This document shows, one piece after another, positions 16,501 through 25,423 of a stretch of DNA of 50,280 nucleotides; position 1 is the stretch's first letter; each line of letters opens with the position of its first letter. The position numbers were made by a program, and so were the translations under genes. The stretch spans positions 1 to 50,280 of IMG/VR virus record IMGVR_UViG_3300017903_002974. One strand, written 5' to 3'. The notes beneath the pieces were generated by a model, which ran no database searches, was not told the DNA's origin, and saw only the letters and a list, made by a program, of their open reading frames with translations. This DNA comes from a virus (lineage: Duplodnaviria > Caudoviricetes).

Positions 16501-19500
16501 GGTTGTGGCTCAATATACTGGAGTTTCTCTTCAGAAAGATGACCGTGCCTTCATCCGCTATGATGAGTTTAGCAATACCTGGAACCAGGCATCTTTACAG
16601 GATGCTTTTGGTACTACAGCGTATCATACAAAGGGTGATGCTTATTGGAAGGATGACTGGAGAAACTTCCACATCCGTGCTTCTGATGACTCTTTCATCC
16701 AGTGTGTTTCGGTCTTCGCTGTTGGTTTCTTCGATCACTTCTTAATGGAGTCTGGTGGTGACATGTCCATCACCAACTCAAACTCCAACTTTGGTAATAC
16801 ATCACTTCACTCTATTGGTTATAAAGGATTTGCTTTTAACCAGGACAAAGGTGGTTATATTACATCCATGGTTCCTGTTAAGGCTGTTGATGATACTGAT
16901 TTTAATAAAGTTTCTCTTAAATATTATCCTCTATCAAATCAGGCGACTAAAGACCAAGGTGCTTCTCAAGATAAACTATATTACTCTGGAGATGATGTAT
17001 ATTCTCCATTTACCAAACCAGCTACATCTATTGAAGGTTACCGATTAGGTTCTAAGACAGATGATTTTATTTCCCTAAAACTACCTAAATCGGGTGGTGG
17101 AACAGATATCTATACAGAAACACTTTATCCAACAGGTTTCAAGAGATATACTGCTGCTTTAGAAACACTCAATCCAGATAGCGTAAATATCAACAATAAT
17201 GCTCAAGACGCTGCTAATTTAATTGAAGCAAACAAAGCATTTATTCAAAGTGAAGCATACAAATATATTATTACTCGCTATCCTGAAATTCAAAGTAAGG
17301 AAAGCATTACAATTGAAAAATGTGAGCGAGATATTGGTTATGTTGTTGATGCTGTTATCCGAGATTTAAGAGTCGGTGGTAACATTAACACTATTAAAGC
17401 AGCTGAAGGTTACTTTGTTGGTGGAACACTTTCTTATATTGATGGAGAATTTAACGAGTCTATTGAAGCATACGAGTATGTAAGAAATCTCGTTATTGCT
17501 GCTATGAGAAACTTTGATATTCTCATCAGGAATCCAGTAGTAGACCAAAATTCATCAATTATTAATGTTGGTGATACGTCTGGACTATTAGTTGGTATGA
17601 CTGTTAAGCAGTATGAATATACTGATACTGCTAATGGAGATCCAGCGGCAACTGCTAACTTTACTAATGGCAGATTGAGATATGAAGGTATTGGTGATTG
17701 GGTGTTCCCTGTTGACACTGGCGCGGTAATTGCTGGTGATGTCTATATTAGGAGAATTGTTGACTCGGAAAGAATTGAGATTGGTAATAGTGCTCCAGTT
17801 TTATCTACTAATAATGGTATTTTAGAAGCAACATATGGATCAGCAATTTTACCAATTGGTTCTACTAGTAGTGGGGCATATTTCCATTTCACATTCCCAT
17901 TCACTTCTTCACAAACTGATGATCCCGATACTTTAGTTGGTGGATTTACTGATATTAACCCAGTAAGAGATAGTGAAGTTTTACAAGACACTACAGCATG
18001 GTTAGGTTCTGATCCTGATGTGTATCCAGAGTGTGCTGGTATTGCCACACAAATTACACAGAACTATTTTGATCAGTTCTTCCTAATTCTTAATAATGGA
18101 TTGACTCCTTTGGGAGGTACTGAGGTTGATGCTTACAACTTATTAACTGGCAATAAGAACTTTATCTCAGAAGAAGCATATGCTAGAATGCTTGCTGATC
18201 CTGGCATCAATGCTGCTTTTGTTCCTACTTTAGGTGCTAGTAACTGGAAAGCAAGAATTGTCTCCATGGTTGAGGCAATGGCTTATAATATTAAGTATGG
18301 TGGAACTAATCGAGTATATGATGAAATTATTGGATATGTAACTAATCCTGGGCAAATTACAGGGGAAAGAACCGAATTAGTTCAACTTTATGTTGAAGCT
18401 AGAGATATTGCTATCAAAGTAATGAGAAACTTTGATATTGCTGGTGCTGGCGAACTAGAAGGATCTCATGGTTTAACACAATTTATTGACAATAGAATCC
18501 TTGGTGATGCTTCTGGTCAACCTGGGGTATATGATTATAGCAATGATTGTGCTGACATTGCTTCTCAAATTACAGTTTTCACTGCTTATGCCACACAATC
18601 TATTGGAACTAATGATGACACTGGAGATGTAAATGGTATTCCTGATACAGAACCAGCGTTTACAGTTGCTAGCCGTATTGAACCCCAGATAGATACTGTT
18701 AATCTTGCTGCTAGAGCAACTCTATTCAATATTGACACTGGTGCTGCTACATCTAATCCACATTATTTTGAAACTGGAACTCCTGTAAGACTTGTTCCTA
18801 GAATTAGATCGGGAGTTGATCCTAATTCTGTTGATAAGCGTGTTATTAGACTTCCAAAAGGATTTGACACTAATACTATCTACTATGTTATTGCTCCTGG
18901 TAGAACTACACAACCAGAAGATTATTCTGATGGTGTAACGTATCCAAATACATTTACTTCTCAGCAAACAACTAAGTTGATGCTGGCAACTACGAAGGAA
19001 AATGCTGCTGCTGGTATTTACATGTATTCTCCAGAGACTGAATCTGTAGACTACAATGTACAAATTGATCTTTATCAGTATGTGCTTGATGAGTCATATA
19101 GACTACATCAATATCTCTGTAATTTTGAGTCTGGTCAGTCTAATGTTATTAGAACTGATGTTCCACACATCTTTGACATTCCTGGTACAGCTGATCATGT
19201 CCAAGAAATTTTCTTTAGAACATTTGGGGATAATTCTACTTTACCAGAACTTCCTAATGGAGACACGGTAAATCCAAACACTGTTTACTACGCTCGTTAC
19301 GTTAATGAGAAGTCATTTAGTGTACATGCTACTGCTGCCGATGCTGTTGCTGGAACACCTACGATCACTTTTAATACAGGAACAGAATCCGTTCCTATTG
19401 GACAAAACTTCTATGTATTTGCTAATAAGAGAGAATCTCCTGTAAAATTTGATCCTACTAGAAATGATTCTGGTAAACTACCTGATTTACAAGAAACACT

Positions 19501-22500
19501 AACTGGTCAGTGGTATATTCAAGTTAAGAGAGATTATAACCAAGGCAATACTGTTCCTGGGGATCCAACTAAAAACATCATTGCCAGGATGCAAGAAATT
19601 GGAGATTCTCTCAAGGACTCCAGATCTAAGAATACTTTCTACGAAAGACTTGAAGATGATAGATCAGCACTTGATAGAATCTATCGTCTTCGTTATGTTA
19701 TTCCAAAACATGCTACTGGTGTTCGTGATCCGCTTAACGGATTCGTACTTAAGCAAAGAACTGACTCTACTAGAAGATTAGTACCACAAAGGATTGTTCT
19801 TAAACCTATTTCTGGAGAATCTCCAAATCGTGCTTTCTTCCAAGTTCCATATACTACTGCTTCTGGATCTGGTCAGCAAGCACAATTAGGTTTAACTACA
19901 TCTGAATTAGCAGCTGCTGGAGTAGAACTATCTTCGTTTACTTATGATCCATATAAGTCCGATTCTGTCAAAATAGTTACTTCGGATAGAACTGATTCTA
20001 AAGTTGCCTTTAGCATTCAGTCTGCTAGAACTTTATCTGATAGTGGTTATCTAGAACTAACAGTATTTGATCATACAATTACTGATGATGCTGTTAGAAA
20101 TGAGCAGTTTATTACTGTTAAGATTTCTGCTCCACAAGGTGGATCTTTTAGGTTCAATACTTCAGAAAACAATGACCTCAACAAAATTCTTTGGAATGGA
20201 TTTGCTAGTGGTTCTGGATATGTTCAGGGTTACTTTAGTCCAGATGGAACTGATGAACACTATTTAATTCTAAAAGAACTCGAAGAAAATAATGAAGAAA
20301 GGGAGACGGTTGAATACAATCCTATTGTATCGACAACTCTATTCCAATCTGTACTTGATGCTGATAATGACCCAGTATATGATGCTAATGGCAATCAAGA
20401 GTTAATTTTCGCTACGTTACTTGCCAAACAAGACAGCATCGGATCTCCTAATTTATCTCTTGCTAAATCTCTCAAGGAAGATTATCTCTATAGTGATAAA
20501 GAGACTAACGTCTTCACCATGACTCCTGGTGATGTAATTAGAGACGACGCTACCAATGAATATGAAATTATTAGTGTTGAAGATGTTGGTGAACTTGAAG
20601 ATACTTTCTATATCTTCGATGTTGAAGAAATTAAACGTCGTATTCCTAATCAGCAAGAAGGTGTCTATTATCTAACTTGTATTAAGGGTAATATTTCTCC
20701 TTATCCTACTGGAACTGGAGTTGGTGATAACTTCAAAAACTTTAAGTTCTCACAACCTATTTCACAACTGTATCCTATCAACTACAAGAATGATCCTCTT
20801 TGGTTCCAGGTACGTGCTCTATATGATGCCACTCCAAATGATACTAGTTATGATAATCAAATTTTAGATCCTCCAGCAACTGTTTGTGCTGCTGATAACT
20901 TTATTCATGGTCTTGTAACAACTAACGATTACAAGTACAATACTACTAAAGAGGTTATGCTTGATCTTGTCAAGAACCCCGCTTTAAGTAGATACGAATA
21001 TACTACCAATTCTATTAAAGCACAGACAGGTAACGCTGCTTCTGGTTCTGAAGATCGTCAGATTCCTATTGCTGGTGATTCTGAATTCCCAACAGAGCAA
21101 AGACTATATCTAGAACTACGTCGTCCTTCGATTGCTAGATCTGGTAACCATACGTTTGAATATCTTGGTTTCGGTCCTGGTAACTACTCGACTGGTTTCC
21201 CACTTCGCCAAGAAGTTGTTCTTGAAGACATTCAAGACTTCTATGCTCAGGCAAAGCGTGAAGACGGCGGTATTGTCTTCTATACGGGTTTAAACTCTAA
21301 TGGTGATCTTTATATCGGTAACAAGAAGATCAACGCTATTACAGGTGAAGAGACGTTCCTTGAACAAGCTGTTTTAAATGAATCTGATGACGAGGATGAT
21401 GATGTCGGTGGTCTCGTCACCACATTTGAACTTCCTGTAGTATTTGAACAGGAAATTACTGTAGATGGTGATGCTCTATTCAATAATCCAGTTACGATTA
21501 ACGTTGATTCTGATGAGGATAATGCCTTAACAGTTATTTCTAATGTTGATACTGCAACTGGTGGTGACATCACTTTAGATTCACAGAATTTTACAACCAG
21601 CACAATTCCTTCTCAAGGTAATATCGTTTTACATAAGAACGAAATCTATGCTGGTGTTTATAGATTCAACCCAAGAGGTTCTACCACATTAACAGGTCAG
21701 AACTATAGTGTTAGAACACATGTTAATTCTCAAACTACACCTACAAATGCTACACCAAATCAAGATGGTGTTTTAGGCATTCAAGTTTCCTTTGGAAGTT
21801 TCCAGGGTCAAGCAATTGATCCTCTGTCTGGTGACATCCTACTTAAGGGTGCTAAAGTTGGCAGAAGAGGTTCATTGGGTTGGATATTTGCTAATGATTA
21901 TGAAAATAAAAATAGCAATATTGAAGAACTTGAAGCTGCTACTGATGTTGGATTAAATGCCGTTCGCTTCTTCATGGCAACTGGATCTGATACAGTCAGT
22001 GAAGGTTTAGTAGCTGGTAAAATTGTTAGAATCAGTGGATTTGGATCTCCATTTGCTAATCTTAACGGTATTCGTGAAATTGTTTCTAATACAGGAAGCT
22101 CTTTCATCGTCAATTCTCCATTTGTTGTTAATGCTCCTGCTACTAAATTCTCCCTAGAATCTGTTAATGGTACTAACGAGACAGCGACAGTAGAACTTTC
22201 TAATAGTAAGTGGAGAGAGTTTGGTGTATTGGGTGCCGAAACATTAAGAACAGATACCACGACCATTGGTAATTATGCTCTAGGCATCAACACTCTTGCT
22301 AGAACAAATCATGCTGATTATCAAGAAGGATTTACTTCTGATCTAGCACAACCAAGAGCGACATTGGATGTTGTTGGTATTGCTTGGATTAGTGGTAGAG
22401 AACTTGATCTAGATGATTACAGTTCTGATACTCTTGCTGCTAATAGAACATATAGAGATAGAGCTAATGCTTTCTTAGTCGGCGGTGATTCTGGAAATCC

Positions 22501-25420
22501 AAATGATGAAGCTACATTCCGTGTTGCTACAACTGCTGGATTCCAGGGACCACATCAAAATCAGACACAAGGTGCTGTAAGGGCATATGATACGGGTCGT
22601 GTTGGTATTAATGTTACTGAAGGTCTGATGAACCACACCTTAACGGTGAATGGTGACATGAGATTATCTGGAGATGCTTTATTCGAGGAAAACTTACAAC
22701 TTGATGGTGGTGCTCTTTCTAGTACAGCAGGATCATTCGCTTTACTATCTGCTAATGTTAATACAATTGACTTCATTGATCAAGCGACTACAATTAATAT
22801 TGCCAACTCTTTAACTAGCAGTTCTTCACAGGTAATTAATATTGCCAATAACGTTGGATCACAAGTAGTTAAACTCGGACAGTTTACTTCAAGTGGTGAA
22901 CTAAAAGTTCATACAAATCCTTCTGCTACTTCTTCTAAAATACAAATTGGTACATTAGGATCTCCAAGCAGCAATGATAATGTTTCTGTCGTTAGAATCG
23001 GTGGAGCATTCTCTACCCAATCCAACAGTTTGAATACTGGTTCAATTTACAAAATCTATAATAGATTCTTGGAGGTTGATGGTGAATTAGCATTTGGTAT
23101 GAACAGTTCTCTGGGTACTGCTGTTTTACGTACTCAGGCATCAACAGCAGAAATTTGTACTCTAGGAACCTCTACGATTTATTTTGGTTCTTCTGCTTCG
23201 AGAATGTTTATTGGTGCTGAAGGTGGATTTACTACTATCAATAATAGTTTAGTCGTCAAGTCTTCTACTACTCTAGGTGGCGATGTAACATTATCTGGTG
23301 GTTTAAACTCTGGTCGTTTTGAAGTTACTAGAGGATCTTTCAGTACCGACACTCCTGCTCATGCTGTCGGTAATATTGATAATGCTAACATTGACCTATT
23401 CTCTAAGGTTAATATTAGTAAATTTATTGATACTAGTGGTTCTGGATATTGGGGAGATACTAGTAGTGGAGACACTGTTAATATCGTTGACCCCAATGAT
23501 CCAGAAAGATACTATCTAACTTTTACCACACCAACAACAACAGCAATCTTTGCCGAAGGTGCTTATCTATTACTAGATCGTTCTAGATTAGCTCTGTTCG
23601 ACCCAACTTCGTTTACTGCTACGATTCAAGCAGCAAGTGCTAATATTAATGCTAGCAGTGTTGCTTGGGTTAATACTGATAATGTAGGTTTGAATTATGT
23701 TCGTATTGAAACTCCTGGTCTAACTTTTGCTGACGGTACAAATTATGCTCAAGTTATATCAATTGTTGGAAATGTACTTACTCTTGATAGAAATATTATT
23801 GGTAACACTTCTCTAACCTCTGCTTCTTTCAGTGGTGGTGAATCGACTCAAGATGTTACTACTTCTCCTGTTGGTGAAGAATACAGTGAACTTGTTAAAA
23901 TTGTTGAATTAACTAACCTCAATACAGTTGGATCTCAACCTTTGAGAGTTATGGTTGAGAGAGCGCACAACCAAAGAGACGGTAGCGGTGCTATGATCAC
24001 TGGTGCTTCTCCAACTGCTCCTGGTCAAACTGGTTATGTTCAGTCTGGATATAAGTTCTTAAGAACTGATCACCCACAAGGTACTCTAATTACTAGATAT
24101 GACTTGGCGGAAAATGTGAGCTTTATTGATGATAGTTCCTTACCTATCGTGTCTGGGGTTACACCTGGAATTTTGGTTGATACTGGTGATTTCTCTGGTT
24201 CTGTTGGTGTAGGAGACATTTTAAGATTCACTGATGTTGAAATGGCATTGATCACTGATGTCAATGCTACTTCACCACAGAGATTTGTAGTTACTGATGG
24301 TAATGATGAATCTCCTGTAGAGTTCTTTACTGTTGATTCTACTACTGGCGCTACTAATATTCAGGGCACGTTGGACATTACCAACACATTTACTCTAAAT
24401 GGTTCTTTAACTGAAGGATCACAGACATTAACTATTAACAACGGAGGTGGTACAAACACCTTCGTAGTTGATTCTGCTAATGGCAATCTTTGTATGAATG
24501 GCGACCTAATGACAGGTGGTCCTGACTGTGATAGGTTGAGAGTTCTTGCTGCTTCTGGAGATACCACAATTAGGGGTGGTGATCTTGAGATTCAAACTGA
24601 TGATCCTAATAATACGAAATTATTATTCCAAAATACAACAGGAAATCTAACACTTGGTGGCATATTAAATGTTCAGGGTGTAAATAGAAGTGTATTTGAC
24701 GGTCAACTATCAGTTAACGGTGGCAACTTTAAAGTTGGCACTCAAGATCTAGCACCAAGATGGGAACCAAATACTCCTTATAACTTAAATGATCAAGTAT
24801 ATTATGGAACATATATCTATGAAGCCAATCAAGATGGTATTTCTGGTGATACTCCTCCAACACATGTTGGTATTATTAATGGGGGCGACAACTTTGTCGT
24901 AAATGGTTCTAATGGATTTGGATTTACCTGGGTTGGAGAACGTACAGTAACTGATCGTTTTGAGATTACATCTGGCGGAGCGATGAATTTCGCTGGTCAA
25001 ACGCCATTCTTTACACCATCAGGTGCTAGAAGATGGGAGTTTATTCCCGATGGTACTGTTACTCAAGAAGTTGAACCCAATATCAATTATTTTGTTAACC
25101 CAAGTTCTGATCTAACTCTCTTGCTTCCACCAGCATCTGAGTCTACAACTGGTGATATGATCAGAATTGTCGATGTTGGTGGTGTATTAACTTATAATAT
25201 TTCTCTAAGAATGAGAGCCAGAACTGGCGAATTTGTACAAGGTGATAATACCAACGCCAACATTCCTAACTTACAAAGTGAGCAATATAATGGTGGCGAA
25301 TTGGTTGTTCAAACCCCACACGCCTCTTTTGGTCTTGTTTATCTCGGACCAAACAATTCCGATGGTTCGCCAAACTCAGCAGGTCCAACCGTTCAAGGTT
25401 GGTGGTTAATGGAGATCTAA
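13505..25420 (+). CDS. Giant virion structural/tail-fibre protein (3971 aa) with phycobiliprotein-like repeats
   Basis: Cyanomyovirus fibre-type N-terminus (LYVSPDDFNATD...GNSPLRPFKTIQRA). It has a beta-helix-like region, repeated helical KCxRDxG(Y/F)...GGN units, fibre-like beta repeats, a CBM5/12-like WEPNTPY..NDQVYY motif and a C-terminal LP....GD.IRIVD..G module. It is preceded by a late promoter. Confidence 0.85.
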   Translation: MALTRLDNLYSSKTGKYLYVSPDDFNATDELDNRGNSPLRPFKTIQRAFIEVARYSFLPAENGRSTPDRFDQFSIMLMPGDHYIDNRPGLRTLTSAGNDKQRYYNAKELITANRQEIIDRAFGQIVIDYDESAWGTDWVVPGDEVLPNGSPDPLRRGQSAYRLIQKNKEFIQARAVGQLTIDYTEGQTNGLFANDWVIPGDTALGIDTFNRRASAYRLILKNKTDIVNSSWEFMNSQYPEFTSVQTKCKRDIGYWVEHFALDVLFGGNKFTDIFTRTYFNEEGTAILQNAIDLTNANEKTATLLAMVHASNLSAGVITNRAHPSASQNVNVSLQPVANLSNVVDVSGWYYDPNITADPTKSNNYTVDSCSTIRTTIDNLFTILYDAIVAENTSTLDSLPESSYDVGIGTSKCYRDVGFYIDGISLDIVQGGGNRYTRKYIQNYFNAEGSGWVDDGLQGEELQSKIVFDQAVSLMKEAVSNQLGYKDFTLTHDPAGTGSGTDYDPNSCSGVKNTIDTLSALIETYFLQGTLDGFPEETTSDVGPGESKCKRDLGYLLDAIAADLPNGGNGSVINFVKAYFDKNGLQITDGLLGEEAQSVIAFNAAGKYIKQAITNQLYSKDLTILPGPARYSGYETNEPTVPNLPSGNSATCVDVQDAVDSLIGIVTTVFTEGNLDSLSQIQVTGDIPVFNFNRAIDEWQDNSILDLSNPDNVLYKFNAPDGGAIVPRGCSLIGYDLRRTIVRPLYVPDPIDGTQERTSIFNLTGGCYLWQFTIKDGDLSSNSPLFDNTAGVGKVYYQKGNNTALAIPEYSHHKITIMTYADTTDLQIYYDKVARAFSLFQPTIDDGDFEQLPQENRIVGPLSDTRSITNLRLTGQTASGQTIIRATTKTAHGYFTDQYVAVIDNGLDSRLNGTFKVTNVFELDPKQFEYIVDVTPQQLGLDINDTGYSIPDLNVSARVQAEIDSVESASPYVFNCSIRSTWGQCGMWADGSKATGFKSMVVAQYTGVSLQKDDRAFIRYDEFSNTWNQASLQDAFGTTAYHTKGDAYWKDDWRNFHIRASDDSFIQCVSVFAVGFFDHFLMESGGDMSITNSNSNFGNTSLHSIGYKGFAFNQDKGGYITSMVPVKAVDDTDFNKVSLKYYPLSNQATKDQGASQDKLYYSGDDVYSPFTKPATSIEGYRLGSKTDDFISLKLPKSGGGTDIYTETLYPTGFKRYTAALETLNPDSVNINNNAQDAANLIEANKAFIQSEAYKYIITRYPEIQSKESITIEKCERDIGYVVDAVIRDLRVGGNINTIKAAEGYFVGGTLSYIDGEFNESIEAYEYVRNLVIAAMRNFDILIRNPVVDQNSSIINVGDTSGLLVGMTVKQYEYTDTANGDPAATANFTNGRLRYEGIGDWVFPVDTGAVIAGDVYIRRIVDSERIEIGNSAPVLSTNNGILEATYGSAILPIGSTSSGAYFHFTFPFTSSQTDDPDTLVGGFTDINPVRDSEVLQDTTAWLGSDPDVYPECAGIATQITQNYFDQFFLILNNGLTPLGGTEVDAYNLLTGNKNFISEEAYARMLADPGINAAFVPTLGASNWKARIVSMVEAMAYNIKYGGTNRVYDEIIGYVTNPGQITGERTELVQLYVEARDIAIKVMRNFDIAGAGELEGSHGLTQFIDNRILGDASGQPGVYDYSNDCADIASQITVFTAYATQSIGTNDDTGDVNGIPDTEPAFTVASRIEPQIDTVNLAARATLFNIDTGAATSNPHYFETGTPVRLVPRIRSGVDPNSVDKRVIRLPKGFDTNTIYYVIAPGRTTQPEDYSDGVTYPNTFTSQQTTKLMLATTKENAAAGIYMYSPETESVDYNVQIDLYQYVLDESYRLHQYLCNFESGQSNVIRTDVPHIFDIPGTADHVQEIFFRTFGDNSTLPELPNGDTVNPNTVYYARYVNEKSFSVHATAADAVAGTPTITFNTGTESVPIGQNFYVFANKRESPVKFDPTRNDSGKLPDLQETLTGQWYIQVKRDYNQGNTVPGDPTKNIIARMQEIGDSLKDSRSKNTFYERLEDDRSALDRIYRLRYVIPKHATGVRDPLNGFVLKQRTDSTRRLVPQRIVLKPISGESPNRAFFQVPYTTASGSGQQAQLGLTTSELAAAGVELSSFTYDPYKSDSVKIVTSDRTDSKVAFSIQSARTLSDSGYLELTVFDHTITDDAVRNEQFITVKISAPQGGSFRFNTSENNDLNKILWNGFASGSGYVQGYFSPDGTDEHYLILKELEENNEERETVEYNPIVSTTLFQSVLDADNDPVYDANGNQELIFATLLAKQDSIGSPNLSLAKSLKEDYLYSDKETNVFTMTPGDVIRDDATNEYEIISVEDVGELEDTFYIFDVEEIKRRIPNQQEGVYYLTCIKGNISPYPTGTGVGDNFKNFKFSQPISQLYPINYKNDPLWFQVRALYDATPNDTSYDNQILDPPATVCAADNFIHGLVTTNDYKYNTTKEVMLDLVKNPALSRYEYTTNSIKAQTGNAASGSEDRQIPIAGDSEFPTEQRLYLELRRPSIARSGNHTFEYLGFGPGNYSTGFPLRQEVVLEDIQDFYAQAKREDGGIVFYTGLNSNGDLYIGNKKINAITGEETFLEQAVLNESDDEDDDVGGLVTTFELPVVFEQEITVDGDALFNNPVTINVDSDEDNALTVISNVDTATGGDITLDSQNFTTSTIPSQGNIVLHKNEIYAGVYRFNPRGSTTLTGQNYSVRTHVNSQTTPTNATPNQDGVLGIQVSFGSFQGQAIDPLSGDILLKGAKVGRRGSLGWIFANDYENKNSNIEELEAATDVGLNAVRFFMATGSDTVSEGLVAGKIVRISGFGSPFANLNGIREIVSNTGSSFIVNSPFVVNAPATKFSLESVNGTNETATVELSNSKWREFGVLGAETLRTDTTTIGNYALGINTLARTNHADYQEGFTSDLAQPRATLDVVGIAWISGRELDLDDYSSDTLAANRTYRDRANAFLVGGDSGNPNDEATFRVATTAGFQGPHQNQTQGAVRAYDTGRVGINVTEGLMNHTLTVNGDMRLSGDALFEENLQLDGGALSSTAGSFALLSANVNTIDFIDQATTINIANSLTSSSSQVINIANNVGSQVVKLGQFTSSGELKVHTNPSATSSKIQIGTLGSPSSNDNVSVVRIGGAFSTQSNSLNTGSIYKIYNRFLEVDGELAFGMNSSLGTAVLRTQASTAEICTLGTSTIYFGSSASRMFIGAEGGFTTINNSLVVKSSTTLGGDVTLSGGLNSGRFEVTRGSFSTDTPAHAVGNIDNANIDLFSKVNISKFIDTSGSGYWGDTSSGDTVNIVDPNDPERYYLTFTTPTTTAIFAEGAYLLLDRSRLALFDPTSFTATIQAASANINASSVAWVNTDNVGLNYVRIETPGLTFADGTNYAQVISIVGNVLTLDRNIIGNTSLTSASFSGGESTQDVTTSPVGEEYSELVKIVELTNLNTVGSQPLRVMVERAHNQRDGSGAMITGASPTAPGQTGYVQSGYKFLRTDHPQGTLITRYDLAENVSFIDDSSLPIVSGVTPGILVDTGDFSGSVGVGDILRFTDVEMALITDVNATSPQRFVVTDGNDESPVEFFTVDSTTGATNIQGTLDITNTFTLNGSLTEGSQTLTINNGGGTNTFVVDSANGNLCMNGDLMTGGPDCDRLRVLAASGDTTIRGGDLEIQTDDPNNTKLLFQNTTGNLTLGGILNVQGVNRSVFDGQLSVNGGNFKVGTQDLAPRWEPNTPYNLNDQVYYGTYIYEANQDGISGDTPPTHVGIINGGDNFVVNGSNGFGFTWVGERTVTDRFEITSGGAMNFAGQTPFFTPSGARRWEFIPDGTVTQEVEPNINYFVNPSSDLTLLLPPASESTTGDMIRIVDVGGVLTYNISLRMRARTGEFVQGDNTNANIPNLQSEQYNGGELVVQTPHASFGLVYLGPNNSDGSPNSAGPTVQGWWLMEI
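13817..18610 (+). repeat. Five phycobiliprotein(globin)-like protein repeats inside the giant virion gene
   Basis: KC.RD.G(Y/F) with Cys codons at 14246, 14738, 15146 and 17321, plus a Cys-less copy near 18240. A second Cys motif occurs at 14609, 15023, 15455, 18032 and 18548. The 16-mer CTAAGTGTAAGCGTGA is identical at 14241 and 15141. Confidence 0.75.
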
Positions 25421-25423
25421 TAA

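Noticed and set aside
13505-25420. Intein or intron explaining the size of the giant ORF
   Set aside because: No intein splice-junction or LAGLIDADG motifs were noticed; repeats and fibre domains account for the length. Checked by eye only.
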